Shown one piece after another: positions 12,401 through 40,673 of a stretch of DNA of 64,000 nt (positions are counted from its first letter, which is position 1; the number at the start of each line of letters is the position of its first letter). The notes under the pieces were generated by a model. The model had not been told where the DNA came from. It made no database searches and saw nothing but the letters and a program-made list of their open reading frames with translations. This DNA is from Heptranchias perlo (lineage: Eukaryota). Both the position numbers and the translations under genes were made by a program. The stretch spans positions 17,980,001 to 18,044,000 of the forward strand of contig NC_090356.1 in NCBI RefSeq assembly GCF_035084215.1. The letters are read 5' to 3'.

Positions 12401-15400
12401 CTATACAAAACCCAAGGAGTAAACAGCTCGTACAGACACTGTGAAATAAACACTCACCATGTCATCCTGTCGTTCTTCTGTAGTTATTTTTTTAGGAACA
12501 AAGAGATCAGTGTCTGAGCCTGAAATAGGAGGACAGAATATTGTGATACACCTCCCTCCATATAAACTCTCCTAGTCACATTCTCAGCCTCCTCCTCCTC
12601 CTCGGCCTCGCCATCTCACATGGTCTCATGCCATCTCCAACCATTTTCTTGTATCCCTCACCACCCACATACCCCATCCCCTTCCAATCCCACTTCCTTC
12701 TGCAGCCATCCCTGGAAAAAAACTCTTCTTCCAGTCAATTTACAACTGTACTTTCAAACTTCCAACTGCCTGGCCTTTGACCTTCCATCTGCCACAATAT
12801 TTCAGCAGTTGTCGATCTGCTTAATACTCCACCTTTTGATACCCTTATCCCCAGTAAAACCTTTACTCTCGCCCATCCTGATCACTTCCCCTGGTACAGC
12901 CCCATCTTCACTCCCTCAAGTCCAAGTGATGCAGATGTGAGTGACTTGCGCACAACTGGTTTAAGCATCCATCACAGGATCAGGCTTCACTCTCCTCAGC
13001 TAAAACTGCCCACTGGAGTGCATAGATAACCTCCGGCTTCTTTTCTCAATTAATAACTGTCTCCTGAAACACCCTTCCACTGTCCCCTCAAGCCTCGCCT
13101 CCTACAAGTGCTAGGAGCTCATGGACTGTCACTAAAGCGGACCATCCATTCAGCAACCTCCGCTACCTTCACCCCCAAAGCCAAACCTTCCCCCAGGTTT
13201 CCCCTGCCATGATCCTGCTTCTTCCTGAAGTTAGTCTCCTATCTCCCCCTCATGTGCTCTCCGAGCTGATTTTATCCATGTGTCCCACCTCCTGCTCCCT
13301 TGACCACATCCCAAGAAATAGCTGACTATTCAACTTCTCTTCCTGGCCCTAAAGCTAGCTGACATTGGAAGCGGTTTCCTCTCCATGGGTACCATTTCCC
13401 CTACTTTTCAAAACTGGCTCAAAACAACCACCCTTAATCCTTAGGTCCTTGCAAACTACCACACCAGCTCCAATTTCCATTTCCCCTCCAAAATCCTTGA
13501 ACTTGTTGCCTCAGGAATCCATGCCCATCTTTCCGACAAATTTGAATCTCTCCAATCAAGTTTCCACCCTGAAACAGCCTTAAACAGAGTCACAAAAGAC
13601 ATCCTCCGTGACTGAGGTGCATTGTCCCTTCTCGGCCTCTGCAGCTGTTGACACAGTCCTCACACTATCCTCCTCCAATGCCTCTCCTCTGTTGTGCAGC
13701 TCTGTGGGACTGCTGTCTCTTGATTCTTCTCTTACCTATCCAATGGTCGCCAGAGCATCTCCAGCAATGTCTTTCTTCCCATCCCCACACCACTGCCTCT
13801 GAAGTCCTGAGGTCTATCCCCTTCTCTTCCTCATCTACAAGTTGCTCCTTACCGACATGATCCAGACATGGGGTCAGCTTCCACACGTATGCTAATGACA
13901 CCCAGCTCTACCTTTCCACCACCTCTCTCGACCCTTCCACTGCCTCTGTGCTGTCGGATTGCCTTACCGATATCCAGTCACGAGCCGCAATTTCCTCCAA
14001 TTAAACACCGGGAGAAACAAAATCATCATTTTTGGTCACTGCCACTAACTCTGTACCCTTGCCAACGATTCCATTCCCTTCTCCAGCCAGTGTCTCAGGC
14101 TAAATCATACTGTTCACAAACTCTCTATTCTATTTGACCCTAAGCCGAGCTTCCGATCCTATATCCTTTGCCTGCTTCCACCTCTGTAACATTTTCTGCA
14201 ACTGGAGGCAGGCACTTACATCCATGCCTTTGTCACCTCTAGACTTGACTATTCCAATGCTCTCCTGGCCAGCCATCCATCTTCCACACTTTGTAAACTT
14301 CAGCTCATCCAAAACTCTGCTTCTCCTATTGTATCCCACACAGGTCCTGCTCACGTATCACTCTTGTTCTTGTTGACTTATATTGGCTCCCAGACCCTCA
14401 ATGCCTAAAATTTAAAATGCTCATCTTTGTGTTTAAATCCCTTCATGGCTTTGCCCCTCCCTATCGCTGTAACTTCCACCAGCCCTACAAGCTACACCCC
14501 CAGAACTCTCTTTTCCTCCGACTCAGCAGCTTGAGCATCCCCCCCCTCGCCACCCTACCGTTGGAGGCCGAGCCTTCAGTCCTCTAGGCCCCACACTCTG
14601 GAATTCCCTGGTCAAACACAATGGCTGGGACTCAGTCACAAGCTCTGTAGCTACAAACTGGTCCTGAAATGGACACTAAATAGTAGCCAGAACAGGGTTA
14701 AAGTAAATCCATTACCACCAAGCTACCAATTTCTTAAAGAAAACACAACCAGATTCCTTACATACATTGGACTGGGTGAGGAGTCCAGGTCTCCTGCTGT
14801 ACAGGTTTGTATCCTTTCCAGGGCTGGACTGGATTAACAGAGGTGGAAGAGCTGGTTTGGATGGAGAGCCCCTCTTTCAGTAAACCAACAAGCTCATGTT
14901 GCCCGGTTTCCTCCAGACTCTCCAAAAAAGCAGGGAATGCTCTTCTCCCACGAGTCTGCAGATCAATTACCAACCGACGGGCTTGGTCCCTGCGTGTGCC
15001 TGATTTCTACAGTCAAAAAAAATTCTGTGAACTACATTTTGACTATGATCATGTAAGTACGGTAATTTCAAACTAAGCAACATTTGTACATAGTCACAAT
15101 GTTAGCTGGCATTTGGTTTATTGAAATGTCTAATCTTCCAGAGTTCTATCATGTCAAAGAGAAACCAAAGACAGATTTCAGGCAGTAATAGGAAACAGTA
15201 GCCAAAATGTCTTGCAAAGCTTCAGCACATACAGAGTCCAGCTTACTACAACCTATATAAACCTTCAGATTCTGCAATTCTTATCCTAAACTGTGGCTGA
15301 CTAGGTCACAAACACGATGCTTTTCCACTCCCTCACTCTCCCGATTGTTCTCCTGTCTTCTTGGACACGTCCTGACTCAATATTGTCCCCACCAACAAAC

Positions 15401-16659
15401 ATGCAATTTTGACCGTGGAAAGCTTATTTGCTCTTCCCCTCCCCTAAGGACAATTGTGTCACCACGTTATAGCCCCATTTGAGATTAACTGATAGCACAG
15501 AGCGGGGGTTAAAAACAGGACCTTTATAATTTTTTGGCTCAGTACCACACGATGCAATGTATTTCCCCACAAAATATGATTTAAAAGCTATTTAAACATG
15601 TAGAGCTAGGTTTCATTTTCAACCCTGGAGTCTTTTGCATTTACAACGATGGAACAAAAATCACTACAGGGTTTGACCCTGGTACTCTGATATGCAATCG
15701 TGTCGAGCTTTAATATTCTGTCTCCGCGTTGGTTTTTGGCCAGAGATTCAAATTTAAGAGATGTGGAAAGTAGCTTCATAATGGAGGGCAGGACTGTGAA
15801 GGCACAAGAAAATAGATTTGTTTAGGTCTTACACATAAAGTAGTAAATATAGATGAGAAAATAGGGAAGAAACAAGGCAAGCAGGCAGAAGTTCTGAAAA
15901 CATTTTATTCAAACTGACTTGATTCTCTTGAAGCAATTAGACTTCCTGTATGTAAATTATTTTGTTGTACAGTATCAGTTGCAGTGCCTAATATTTGATA
16001 CAGCAGTGCACAAACAATTAATATGAACAGTTAATACACAGGCAGTTAATTATTGCAAGATCCAAACAGGAATGTTTCCCAAGCTATTTGGAGTGTGCGA
16101 CTGTATATCAAAACAGGTTCCGATCTTAAAGCAAAAATAAGTAACACTTACTATTTTTATGTAATTTGCCTAGCATTTGTTGTACTTCTTGCAGTTTTCA
16201 TATTAATTGCAATTTTTAAAATATATATATTTATTTTTCTTTGATACCATGCTGGGATTCCACAGGTGCCAGCTGACTGCAGGTGCCTCACCTGCCCAAG
16301 GGCCCATTCTCCATATAAGAGCCGAGACACGGACTGGGATATTCAACTGCGAGCAGCATCACAGTCGAGCCCAATTTCGCTCTTCGCCAGCACCCAGTTT
16401 GTGACACTCAGTCCCAGCGAGAGTCGGAGCATTTGGCTGGAGATGGAGGAGGAAAAACCTGACCGATTGACCCCGCTGACCTCCCTGCCCGGGACCCTCG
16501 CTGACCCGGATTCTCTCCCTTTCACACCTCGACTTCCTCTATCATGTCCTCGGTGAAAATTCCTTTCGCCACCAGAAAATCATAGAGAGGTTCGGGTCGC
16601 AGTTTTGTCACCAGTTCCACGCGATGTTTCTGGAGAAGTTTTCTCTGACACTCGTCCAT
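342..16659 (-). CDS. CASP9: Caspase-9, whole gene span (9 coding exons, 1248 nt, 415 aa)
   Basis: Assembled exons 16528-16659, 14766-15006, 12458-12519, 11188-11364, 10383-10472, 6577-6727, 3184-3360, 2091-2200, 342-449; all GT-AG with compatible phases. N-terminal CARD, catalytic SHG and QACGG (caspase-9 signature), linker cleavage sites, C-terminal [16 protein letters not shown]. Confidence 0.96.
575..915 (+). mobile_element. Degraded SINE-like repeat (window family B)
   Basis: Shares core motifs (…cctggtctgtgctgagtt…gatctcagc…; catgaagaatggccact…gcaaggt) with ~9 other copies in the window. Confidence 0.6.
1292..1730 (+). mobile_element. CR1-type LINE 3' fragment
   Basis: [29 protein letters not shown]…RTRGH C-terminal CR1 ORF2; 3'UTR gatgggccgaatggcctcct and (ttcta) tail. 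Confidence 0.88.
2091..2200 (-). CDS. CASP9: CASP9 exon 8 ([37 protein letters not shown])
   Basis: VSWR..GSWY caspase motif; 110 nt; tttag|GC, AGG|gtgagt. Confidence 0.95.
3184..3360 (-). CDS. CASP9: CASP9 exon 7 (intersubunit linker LQTD/ATPR and DEPD/AVSS; [16 protein letters not shown])
   Basis: [16 protein letters not shown] small-subunit motif; 177 nt; tacag|AT, CAG|gtatct. Confidence 0.95.
3700..3857 (+). mobile_element. CR1 3'UTR remnant
   Basis: ttcaaagggaattggataagt…ggcctcctcctgt…atgattctatga. Confidence 0.6.
4215..6290 (-). mobile_element. Degraded non-LTR retrotransposon (window family X; APE endonuclease to RT N-part), with frameshifts
   Basis: ORF pieces [17 protein letters not shown] (APE), [15 protein letters not shown]…PVHKKQDK…NYLPINLL (RT); nucleotide similarity to 34931-36878. 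Confidence 0.85.
6577..6727 (-). CDS. CASP9: CASP9 exon 6 ([15 protein letters not shown]...[12 protein letters not shown])
   Basis: Catalytic Cys motif QACGG; 151 nt; cag|GCT, GAG|gtaggt. Confidence 0.96.
7340..9262 (+). mobile_element. CR1-type LINE, 5'-truncated, RT domain with frameshifts
   Basis: KSPGPD…[16 protein letters not shown]…NYRPISL…[13 protein letters not shown]…[10 protein letters not shown]; CR1 3'UTR and ttctatggttcta tail. Confidence 0.93.
9718..9890. repeat. Degenerate inverted-repeat remnant resembling Penelope-like element termini
   Basis: aagcaaaataactgcaaat…ggaaatctga…ttggaaata followed by the reverse-oriented ttccagcattttctgtttttg. Confidence 0.4.
10383..10472 (-). 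CDS. CASP9: CASP9 exon 5 ([30 protein letters not shown])
   Basis: Catalytic His motif [11 protein letters not shown]; 90 nt; gacag|ATG, CTG|gtgagt. Confidence 0.95.
11188..11364 (-). CDS. CASP9: CASP9 exon 4 ([20 protein letters not shown]...[10 protein letters not shown]...NLTKQ)
   Basis: Caspase large-subunit start (CLIINN, RxGSxxD); 177 nt; ctctag|ATT, CAA|gtgagt. Confidence 0.95.
11540..11955 (+). mobile_element. CR1-type LINE 3' fragment
   Basis: [24 protein letters not shown]…KTRGHKYKI; ttgggccgaatggcctgtttctgtgctgta tail. Confidence 0.85.
12458..12519 (-). CDS. CASP9: CASP9 exon 3 (short linker exon, [21 protein letters not shown])
   Basis: tttcag|GC ... ATG|gtgagt, 62 nt, converts phase 1 to phase 0 as required; sequence itself poorly conserved. 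Confidence 0.8.
12930..14610 (+). mobile_element. Old L2-type LINE fragment
   Basis: C/T-rich degraded RT (…tatgctaatgacacccagctctac = YADDTQLY-like; …tttgtcacctctagacttgactattccaatg = [10 protein letters not shown]); L2-like 3' end ctctggaattccct. Confidence 0.75.
14766..15006 (-). CDS. CASP9: CASP9 exon 2 ([43 protein letters not shown]..., CARD C-half and linker)
   Basis: Acceptor tgtag|AAA; RRDQARxLxxDLxTRG caspase-9 CARD motif; donor AAT|gtatgt gives the phase 1 needed for exon 3. Confidence 0.92.
16528..16659 (-). CDS. CASP9: CASP9 exon 1 ([49 protein letters not shown]-half)
   Basis: ATG in aagATGG context at 16659, 132 nt, donor GAG|gtgtga; CARD sequence resembles caspase-9 MDEADRRLLRRCRLRLV... 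Confidence 0.92.
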
Positions 16660-16870
16660 CTTGACACAACTCCGAGCGAGCGAGCGGAGCGGAGCGACTC
16701 GAGCCGCTGGTCCGGCGCGCGACCTTCGACCCGCCTAAAATGGCGGCCGAAAGACTTCCGGGCCCCACTTTTTTCACAGCGATCTGGAGGAGTTTGAGTC
16801 TCCCGGCAGAGGCCTTGAGTCCTCCTGAAAGAGAGAGCGAGCAAAACATGACGGTAATGAGAGGAAAATA
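16660..16870. promoter_or_regulatory. CpG-rich CASP9 promoter/5'UTR with YY1 (AAAATGGCGG, 16737-16746) and ETS/GABPA (ACTTCCGG, 16754-16761) motifs
   Basis: High local CpG density (about 16320-16850) immediately upstream of the ATG; motifs read directly from the sequence. Confidence 0.7.
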
Positions 16871-16959
16871 ATATTGAAATACAAGCCAACTCCGAATACA
16901 GGCTTAGGACCAAGGTCATTGCTTTTACAAGGGCAAGGATGAGGAAGACCTGTCGGCTC

Positions 16960-18330
16960 ATCTTTAATTCATCCACCCAGACCAACCCTACATTCTTCGC
17001 ATTGCTGCATCTAGTTGTTTCTTAAATTATTCCAGACTTTCTGCCTCCACCACTCTGTTCCAAGTGTTGATCTCACTGCACGAAGAACTAACTCCTGATA
17101 TCGGTCCTAAAGTTTCCTTTTACTAGTTTGAATCTGTCTCCTTGTCCTCTTCCCATATTTTAAAGTAATATTCTGCATTAACCTTTTTCATACCATTCAC
17201 TATAAGATTACCTCTAATTTAGAGGCTGGAAGCCTATGTCTCTCCAGTCTTTCAGCCTCATTGCTTTTCTCTATATTCCCAAGCACTCAGTGATCAGAAC
17301 TGGACACAGTCCTCGAGGTGTGGTCTGACCAGAGCACTGTACAGTTTAACCATGACTTCCTCTGATTTGTTTTGATTACATGCTTCAATATTCTATTGGC
17401 TTTGTTCATTGTTGCTCTGCATGGCTGGACATGTTGAGTCCACTAAAACTGCTAATTCTCTTTCAACTTCATTCTTAGCTATTTTAACGTCATTCATGAA
17501 GTCTGTATGTTGCCCATATTTCCTTCCTCTGTGCAGCACTTTACACTTGTCTGCAATTATTTTTCTACCTTTTTTTCAGCCAACTCACACATTTTGTTTA
17601 TTCGTTTTCTAGTTTCTGAGTTGCTTGATTTGATTCCATTGCTCCTTTTAGATTTGATATTGTTGACAAATTTAATCAGTTTGCATTGAGGTTCTGAATC
17701 CAAGTCGTTGATGTACCCTAGAAACACCAGTGGTCCCAACGCGGAGCTCTGGGGCCCCTCAGTGCTTAGCCCCTCCCCCCACCTCTGACATTAGCCCTCT
17801 AACTTTCCAACCTCAGCCAGCTTCTTATCCATACTCAAGTTTTGCCCTGAACCTTCAGAGCTTTGAGCTTAATTAGTAATCTTTCGTGTGGAACTTTGTC
17901 CTTTGGAAGCCGAAGTACACAACTGTGGGATTACCACAATTACATAGAGTTGTCACTTCCTTTAAGAAATCAAGGGAATTGATCAGGCAGGATCTCCCCC
18001 ATCTTGAAGCTATATCAACTGCTGTTAACTAGGTGGTTGTTGTACAAATAATCCTCACGTTTACTCTTAATAATTAATTCCATGTTTTATGAAATTGTAG
18101 ACTAATGAGTCTGTAGTTGCCTCTGTCACCCTTGAATATGGGGAGGGAGGAAGCCTCCGAGAGCTTGTAGATTTCAAATAAAAATCATTGGACTATAACT
18201 TGGTGTTGTAAAATTGTTTACAATTGTCAACCCCAGTCCATCACCGGCATCTCCACATCTTGAATATGGGCACCACGTTAGCTTGTTTAATGTCTCCATT
18301 GTGTATTGACTTCCTCATAATTGTCGGTGT
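16960..18330 (-). mobile_element. Highly degraded CR1-type LINE (interrupted by a 116-bp insertion)
   Basis: Minus-strand MGPLVFLGYINDLDS…KFVNN (RT motifs), cagaactggacacagt…tgtggtctgacc. Confidence 0.65.
18143..18258 (+). mobile_element. Short 5'-truncated Penelope-like element fragment with 12-bp target-site duplication
   Basis: Flanked by direct repeats cttgaatatggg (18131-18142 and 18259-18270); body ggactataacttggtgttg…ccccagtccatcaccggcatctccacat resembles recalled elasmobranch Penelope termini. Confidence 0.65.
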
Positions 18331-18814
18331 CTTGAAAATCCATTCACTAGTTTCAGCACTAAATAACATCTATCCACGGGGATTTATTTGTTTAAGGCTT
18401 TTCTAGGACTTCCTTCTCACTTATATTGAAGTCTTGAATTATACCTTTGTACTTTCTTTTTGGGAGGATGTGTTTTGTGTCTTCCCTTGTGAATACTTTG
18501 AGGAAATAATGACACTGTATTAACTATCTTATGTTCATCCTCAATTTCAAGCCAATTTGCATATTTTAGTGTTCTTGCCTCTTCTCAACCAGTCCTCTGC
18601 TATTGCAATAATGGAAGAATTTTTTACTGTTACATTTTGCCTCTGCAGCAATGCTTTATTCTTGGTCTTTCAAACTCGGAATCAGTCCCAATACCTTACT
18701 GATCTGTATAGCTCAGCTACTGATCGGATAAGCTGCCCGAGCCATCGTATTTATTTAGTACCATGTAATTATTTTGAAGTGCAAATAAAAAGTTTCTTGA
18801 AGTTGTGACTATTG

Positions 18815-19000
18815 ACTCAGGTGATGGAAGCAGATTCATTAGTAACTTTTAAAAGGGAATTGGATATAGATTTGAAAAGGAAAAATTTGCAGGGCTATGG
18901 GAAAAGTGCAGGGGAGTGGCACCAATTGGATAACTCTTACAAAGAGCAGGCACAGGCACGATGGGCTGAATGGCCTCCTTCTGTGCTCGATGATTCTACG
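18815..19000 (+). mobile_element. CR1 3'UTR fragment
   Basis: aaatttgcagggctatggg…gatgggctgaatggcctccttctgtgct, same family as 1292-1730. Confidence 0.75.
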
Positions 19001-19129
19001 ACTGCATTATGTTACTCTACAGCCTGCCATTTGAAAACAAGGCTGATAAGGGACATTTGTACACAGTTCTGTTCAAGACCTTTGGTTTGGTGTCTCACCT
19101 CGCACAATGGTTTATTAAAATGTTGATAC

Positions 19130-19400
19130 CTGGGACTCCCCATTAGCTGAATGGTTAAGTCTGTATCTGTGAAGTACATAGACCAAGAAAGGTTACAGGT
19201 TCAATCCCAATCTGCTAAATTAGTTTATTTCAGATGGTGCAGCTGTAAGGGTTCTATAAATGGGATTAGCATGCCTGTAAAGGAAAATAGATAGGGTGCT
19301 AATTCCTGATTGCTATATAGCTTTCCCTACCTGAACTGCATAGGTGAGGACAAGATTGGGATGTACCTTGCAATTGAATAGCCTGCCGACATTTTACATT
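19130..19400 (+). mobile_element. Degraded SINE-like repeat (family B)
   Basis: tagctgaatggttaag…caggttcaatccc (A/B-box-like)…tgaatagcctgccgaca. Confidence 0.5.
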
Positions 19401-20459
19401 ACAACGGTTCAGTAGTCATCTCGAGACTGTGATGGGCCCACTGTCTTATTTTGTCCAGACCAATGATTACTATGACGTCTCCTAAAAGGAAGGCATCAGT
19501 AATAAAAAAAAAACACAGATGGGCCCAGTGTCAAACCTCCCAAAAAGGTTCACATATGAGACTGGCCAGTTGACTTGGGTGAGCTCCATTTGGCTGCTCA
19601 GCATGAGGCAGTGCCATGATTATGGATAGTGGAGAGGGGGAGCAAGGGGAACAGTGGGAAGAGGGAATAAACTGCACATGAACATAGATAACAAGCAAAA
19701 CAATAATTATAAATAAAGAAACTAAGAACCAGCAGTACAAGAGGGCAGCTACTCGATCCGTTCACGATGATTCCAGGGGAGGTTTCGGGGCCTGGCGCCG
19801 ATGAGAAATTCCATCCGAAGGTGGCTCAGCTCGGACAGGATTGCTCCACAAGCTTCAGCATCCTCAATACACCTAGTGGAGTCAGGGTCAAGTGCGACTT
19901 TTAGCTCCTGAGCTGCCTCTTTCTAATTTGGTATCATCTGTAAGTTTTGATCACTTTGTATTGAGTTTCTCAATCCAGGTCATGTTGTGATCCCAACACT
20001 GAACTTCAGGGACTCACTCACATAACACCCCGGAAAATTCTTCCTATCAAATACTTCCCTTGCTATTTTTCAAAATCGGAGAAATATAGAAACAGACATT
20101 TTTAAAATGTATTTTTGTACCATCTCAAAGACAAATCAACACATTAACCACTTTGTACAACTGTGTTGGTGAAACTTTGGGGTTATCGCCTGTCTGGTTT
20201 TGGACCTGTCTAGCAATTTCTAAATGTAAACTTGACATCCAAAGTCTGATTTTTAAAATAATATTTTAGTACATTATATTTTATGAACTGGAGACTTTAG
20301 TTATTAAGATTATTACAATTTCATATCAGTCTGGAAAATATCACAAATTAAACCATGACCTGCTATTCTGCTTCTGTTTGGTATTGACATGAAGGCATAG
20401 GAACACCAGACAGTACTTGCGTTCTCCGGGGACCCCTTTCACTGATGCAGCAGGCTGTA

Positions 20460-20694
20460 ATGACAAGTTGGCCGCTGCTGATTGGTTGGCTTCTGGAACT
20501 GGTCGTGGTTTATTTATAAATTGAAGGATTTTCGCGATTTAAAAACGCCGGAAATCGAAAACTAAAAATAAATAGTAAATTTATTATTATTAATAATAAT
20601 AATGGGGAGCTTGAGACGAGCAATGCGATGGCACGGTGGTTGCTAGGAGCGGTGGGGATTTCCGGTTCCGGTCTGTGTGGCGGTGGGTCTGGAG
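20460..20694 (+). promoter_or_regulatory. DDOST promoter/5'UTR: ERSE-like element (20467-20485), ETS-like CCGGAA/TTCCGG motifs, CpG island extending into exon 1
   Basis: GTTGG-N9-ATTGG (= CCAAT-N9-CCAAC on the minus strand); ccggaaat at ~20548; tttccggttccgg at ~20659. Confidence 0.6.
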
Positions 20695-38430
<17,736 letters not shown>

Positions 38431-39123
38431 GCTGGGATCGCAGAGTGTGTTACGTTCTCAGTATCTCCAATGCTGAGGATTTAAGTTTGTTTAGATTGGT
38501 GATCGATGGGTGCAAATTGTAGTCTTTTGTACTGGGAATGGGATTTTCCTGGAGCCCATACCATCTCGGGTGCAACTAGATTACAAATCCCATTTATTGT
38601 TGATCCCTCCGTTGATCAGAGGTTAGTTGTGTACTGCAGGTTACTGAAAGTGGGTGTATACGTTTTCCTTCTGGTGCTGATTGTTTAATCCATGTACTTA
38701 TTTTTATTTTCCTCTGGAAGATAAATATACTTTGTTAAAAAAAAAAGTTTAAAAGAACCATTTGTTCATCTTCCATTCAGAGGATAAAATCCATAATTTC
38801 CATAACTGGGTCAGATGATGGGGAAATATTCAAAAGTTCTTCACCTGTTTCAGTGACAGCTCCATAATACAAGAACAAGAAATGCTGGAAGGTTTTGTAT
38901 TGCCCATCACCAGTTCAGATCAAGAGTCTGTGAGTTAATTTAACCACTCAGTCTCTCTTCGGAGGGGGGATCTTACCCTTTGGCCGACGAGATTAAAATG
39001 AGCTGAGAGAAATGTCTTTTTAGATTTATGTAATGACATTTTTTTAATTTATATTTTCTCTCCCAACCTCTGCACCCACATTGATGTAACTTCTGCTCAA
39101 AATTTATTTTCCAGACCATCGGA

Positions 39124-39129
39124 AATAAA
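39124..39129 (+). terminator. Probable DDOST polyadenylation signal AATAAA (a second AATAAA lies at 39948-39953)
   Basis: AATAAA ~700 nt after the stop, followed by GT/T-rich downstream element (tattgttgtttccatttctttt). Confidence 0.6.
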
Positions 39130-39399
39130 ATTTAACATTCCATCTATTGTTGTTTCCATTTCTTTTTGCTTCCAATATGTTGTGTGGTCAGGTCCACTTG
39201 TATAAGTTTTGTCTCCCATAAGATGGCATCTTGGCGTCCAGCAAAACTACCCTGCCTTCTATCATTGCTAAATGCGTTCAGAGTGGCCTGCAGAGGGGTT
39301 TGCTTCTGGGAGGCAGATATGATGGTAACTATTTTTTATTTATTTTTGCACCCACTTTTGCTGGAGTGCAATACAGAAGGTGCCAGTCGGCCTCATACT

Positions 39400-39620
39400 T
39401 CACCCATGTGACCATTTGTCAGATATCAGCTGGGCAGTGAATGTCAGCAGGTTATTTGACCCCAGGGAGGATGGGAGATCATAATGGCTGGGCCCATTCT
39501 TGTTCTTCCCTTTCTGAGCCTTGGAAGTGCTGAGACCAATTTAATACCTGACTGACATCTTGGCTGAGAACACTAGTGGGGAATTGACCCTGGGACCACC
39601 TTTTCTGTATGGCTCAAGAT
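39400..39620 (-). mobile_element. Degraded SINE-like repeat (family B) between DDOST and DDI2
   Basis: cagtgaatgtcagcaggttatttgacc…gaattgaccctgggacc…tgtatggctca. Confidence 0.45.
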
Positions 39621-40309
39621 ACTGGATGGTTCAAAGTAAATTAAAGTAGAAAATGTACATTTTTTTTCATGTTGGCAAAAGCTTTTAAAATGTCGTACAG
39701 ATGCATGAAAAGCAGAATTACTGCTGATTAACTGATGTAGCACAGTGCATCTGCTTCAATTGTCTGTGCTTTGTGGTAAGTACTGGATGACAGGTTAACT
39801 TTATCTGTCACTTGAAAAGATTCATATTCACATAATATTGGATTCAATCCCAGCTGTATAGGTTGTGGTGCCTTTAGCTGTTGATTCAAAAGTAATTCAA
39901 TTTCTGGACAAACATCTTCAGGGAAAATTTGACAAAATGCTTCTTGAAATAAATACGTATTTAGACATAAGGGAATAATTCCTAAATAGTGTGAGTACCA
40001 AGAGGCTGCATTTCAGCAGGGGTTTAATTAACTGGGGGGGAAACTAAAGAATGCTGTCTACCCAAAACCAGGGGCAGTTGACAAACATTTGAGAATTTAA
40101 AAAAAAGTGTTGAAACAACAGGTGGTTTGTTTTTAGGATACTAATAGATTGTACTTATTTCTGAAAAGGGAAGATGCATTTTCATAAAGTCGCCATCATT
40201 GAAAATTGACTAGTAATTATAATTTGGAAAGTGTAAAGACTTTGGGTGATTATATAACGAGGAACTCAGTCTATTGCTGTTCATACTCAATCTGCTTCCA
40301 TTCTGTTAT

Positions 40310-40673
40310 ACCTCACCAAGATGGCCGTGTTATGGTGACGTACTCACGTGTCGCTGGTACTGCTTTGCGGCGGATGGTTTCAGACTGTTTTGCGACAGTG
40401 GCGAAAGCGGTTTGCGGCGGTGCGGTTGGGCGGGTTGTGCAGCGCGGAGTTGGTGTGTGTTTGAGCGGTCGGTCAGGTTTCGGTGCTGGGCCGCGGTCTG
40501 GTAGGCGATCAAGCCCCGAGTTTCGGTGCTGAGCCGCGGTCCAGGAGTCGTTCTGTGTCCGGGTTGCGGTGCTGGGCCCGGTCGGGAGTCGCTGTTGGTT
40601 CGGGTTCGGTGCTGGGCCGCCGTCCAGCAGTCGGTCAGGCCCTGGGGTTTGGCACTGGAAGCCGGTTGCCGCC
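40310..40673 (+). promoter_or_regulatory. DDI2 CpG-island promoter/5'UTR with YY1 (CAAGATGGCCG, ~40317), CRE half-site (TGACG, 40336) and E-box (CACGTG, 40345)
   Basis: Very GC/CpG-rich; GCCGCC Kozak context before the ATG at 40674. Confidence 0.7.
40478..40635 (+). repeat. Four degenerate ~40-43-bp GC-rich tandem units in the DDI2 5'UTR
   Basis: Core cggtgctg(g/a)gcc at 40481, 40524, 40567, 40607. Confidence 0.75.

Noticed and set aside
40478-40635. Regularly spaced repeats resembling a CRISPR array
   Set aside because: Eukaryotic 5'UTR context, degenerate units, spacers related to each other, and no cas genes.
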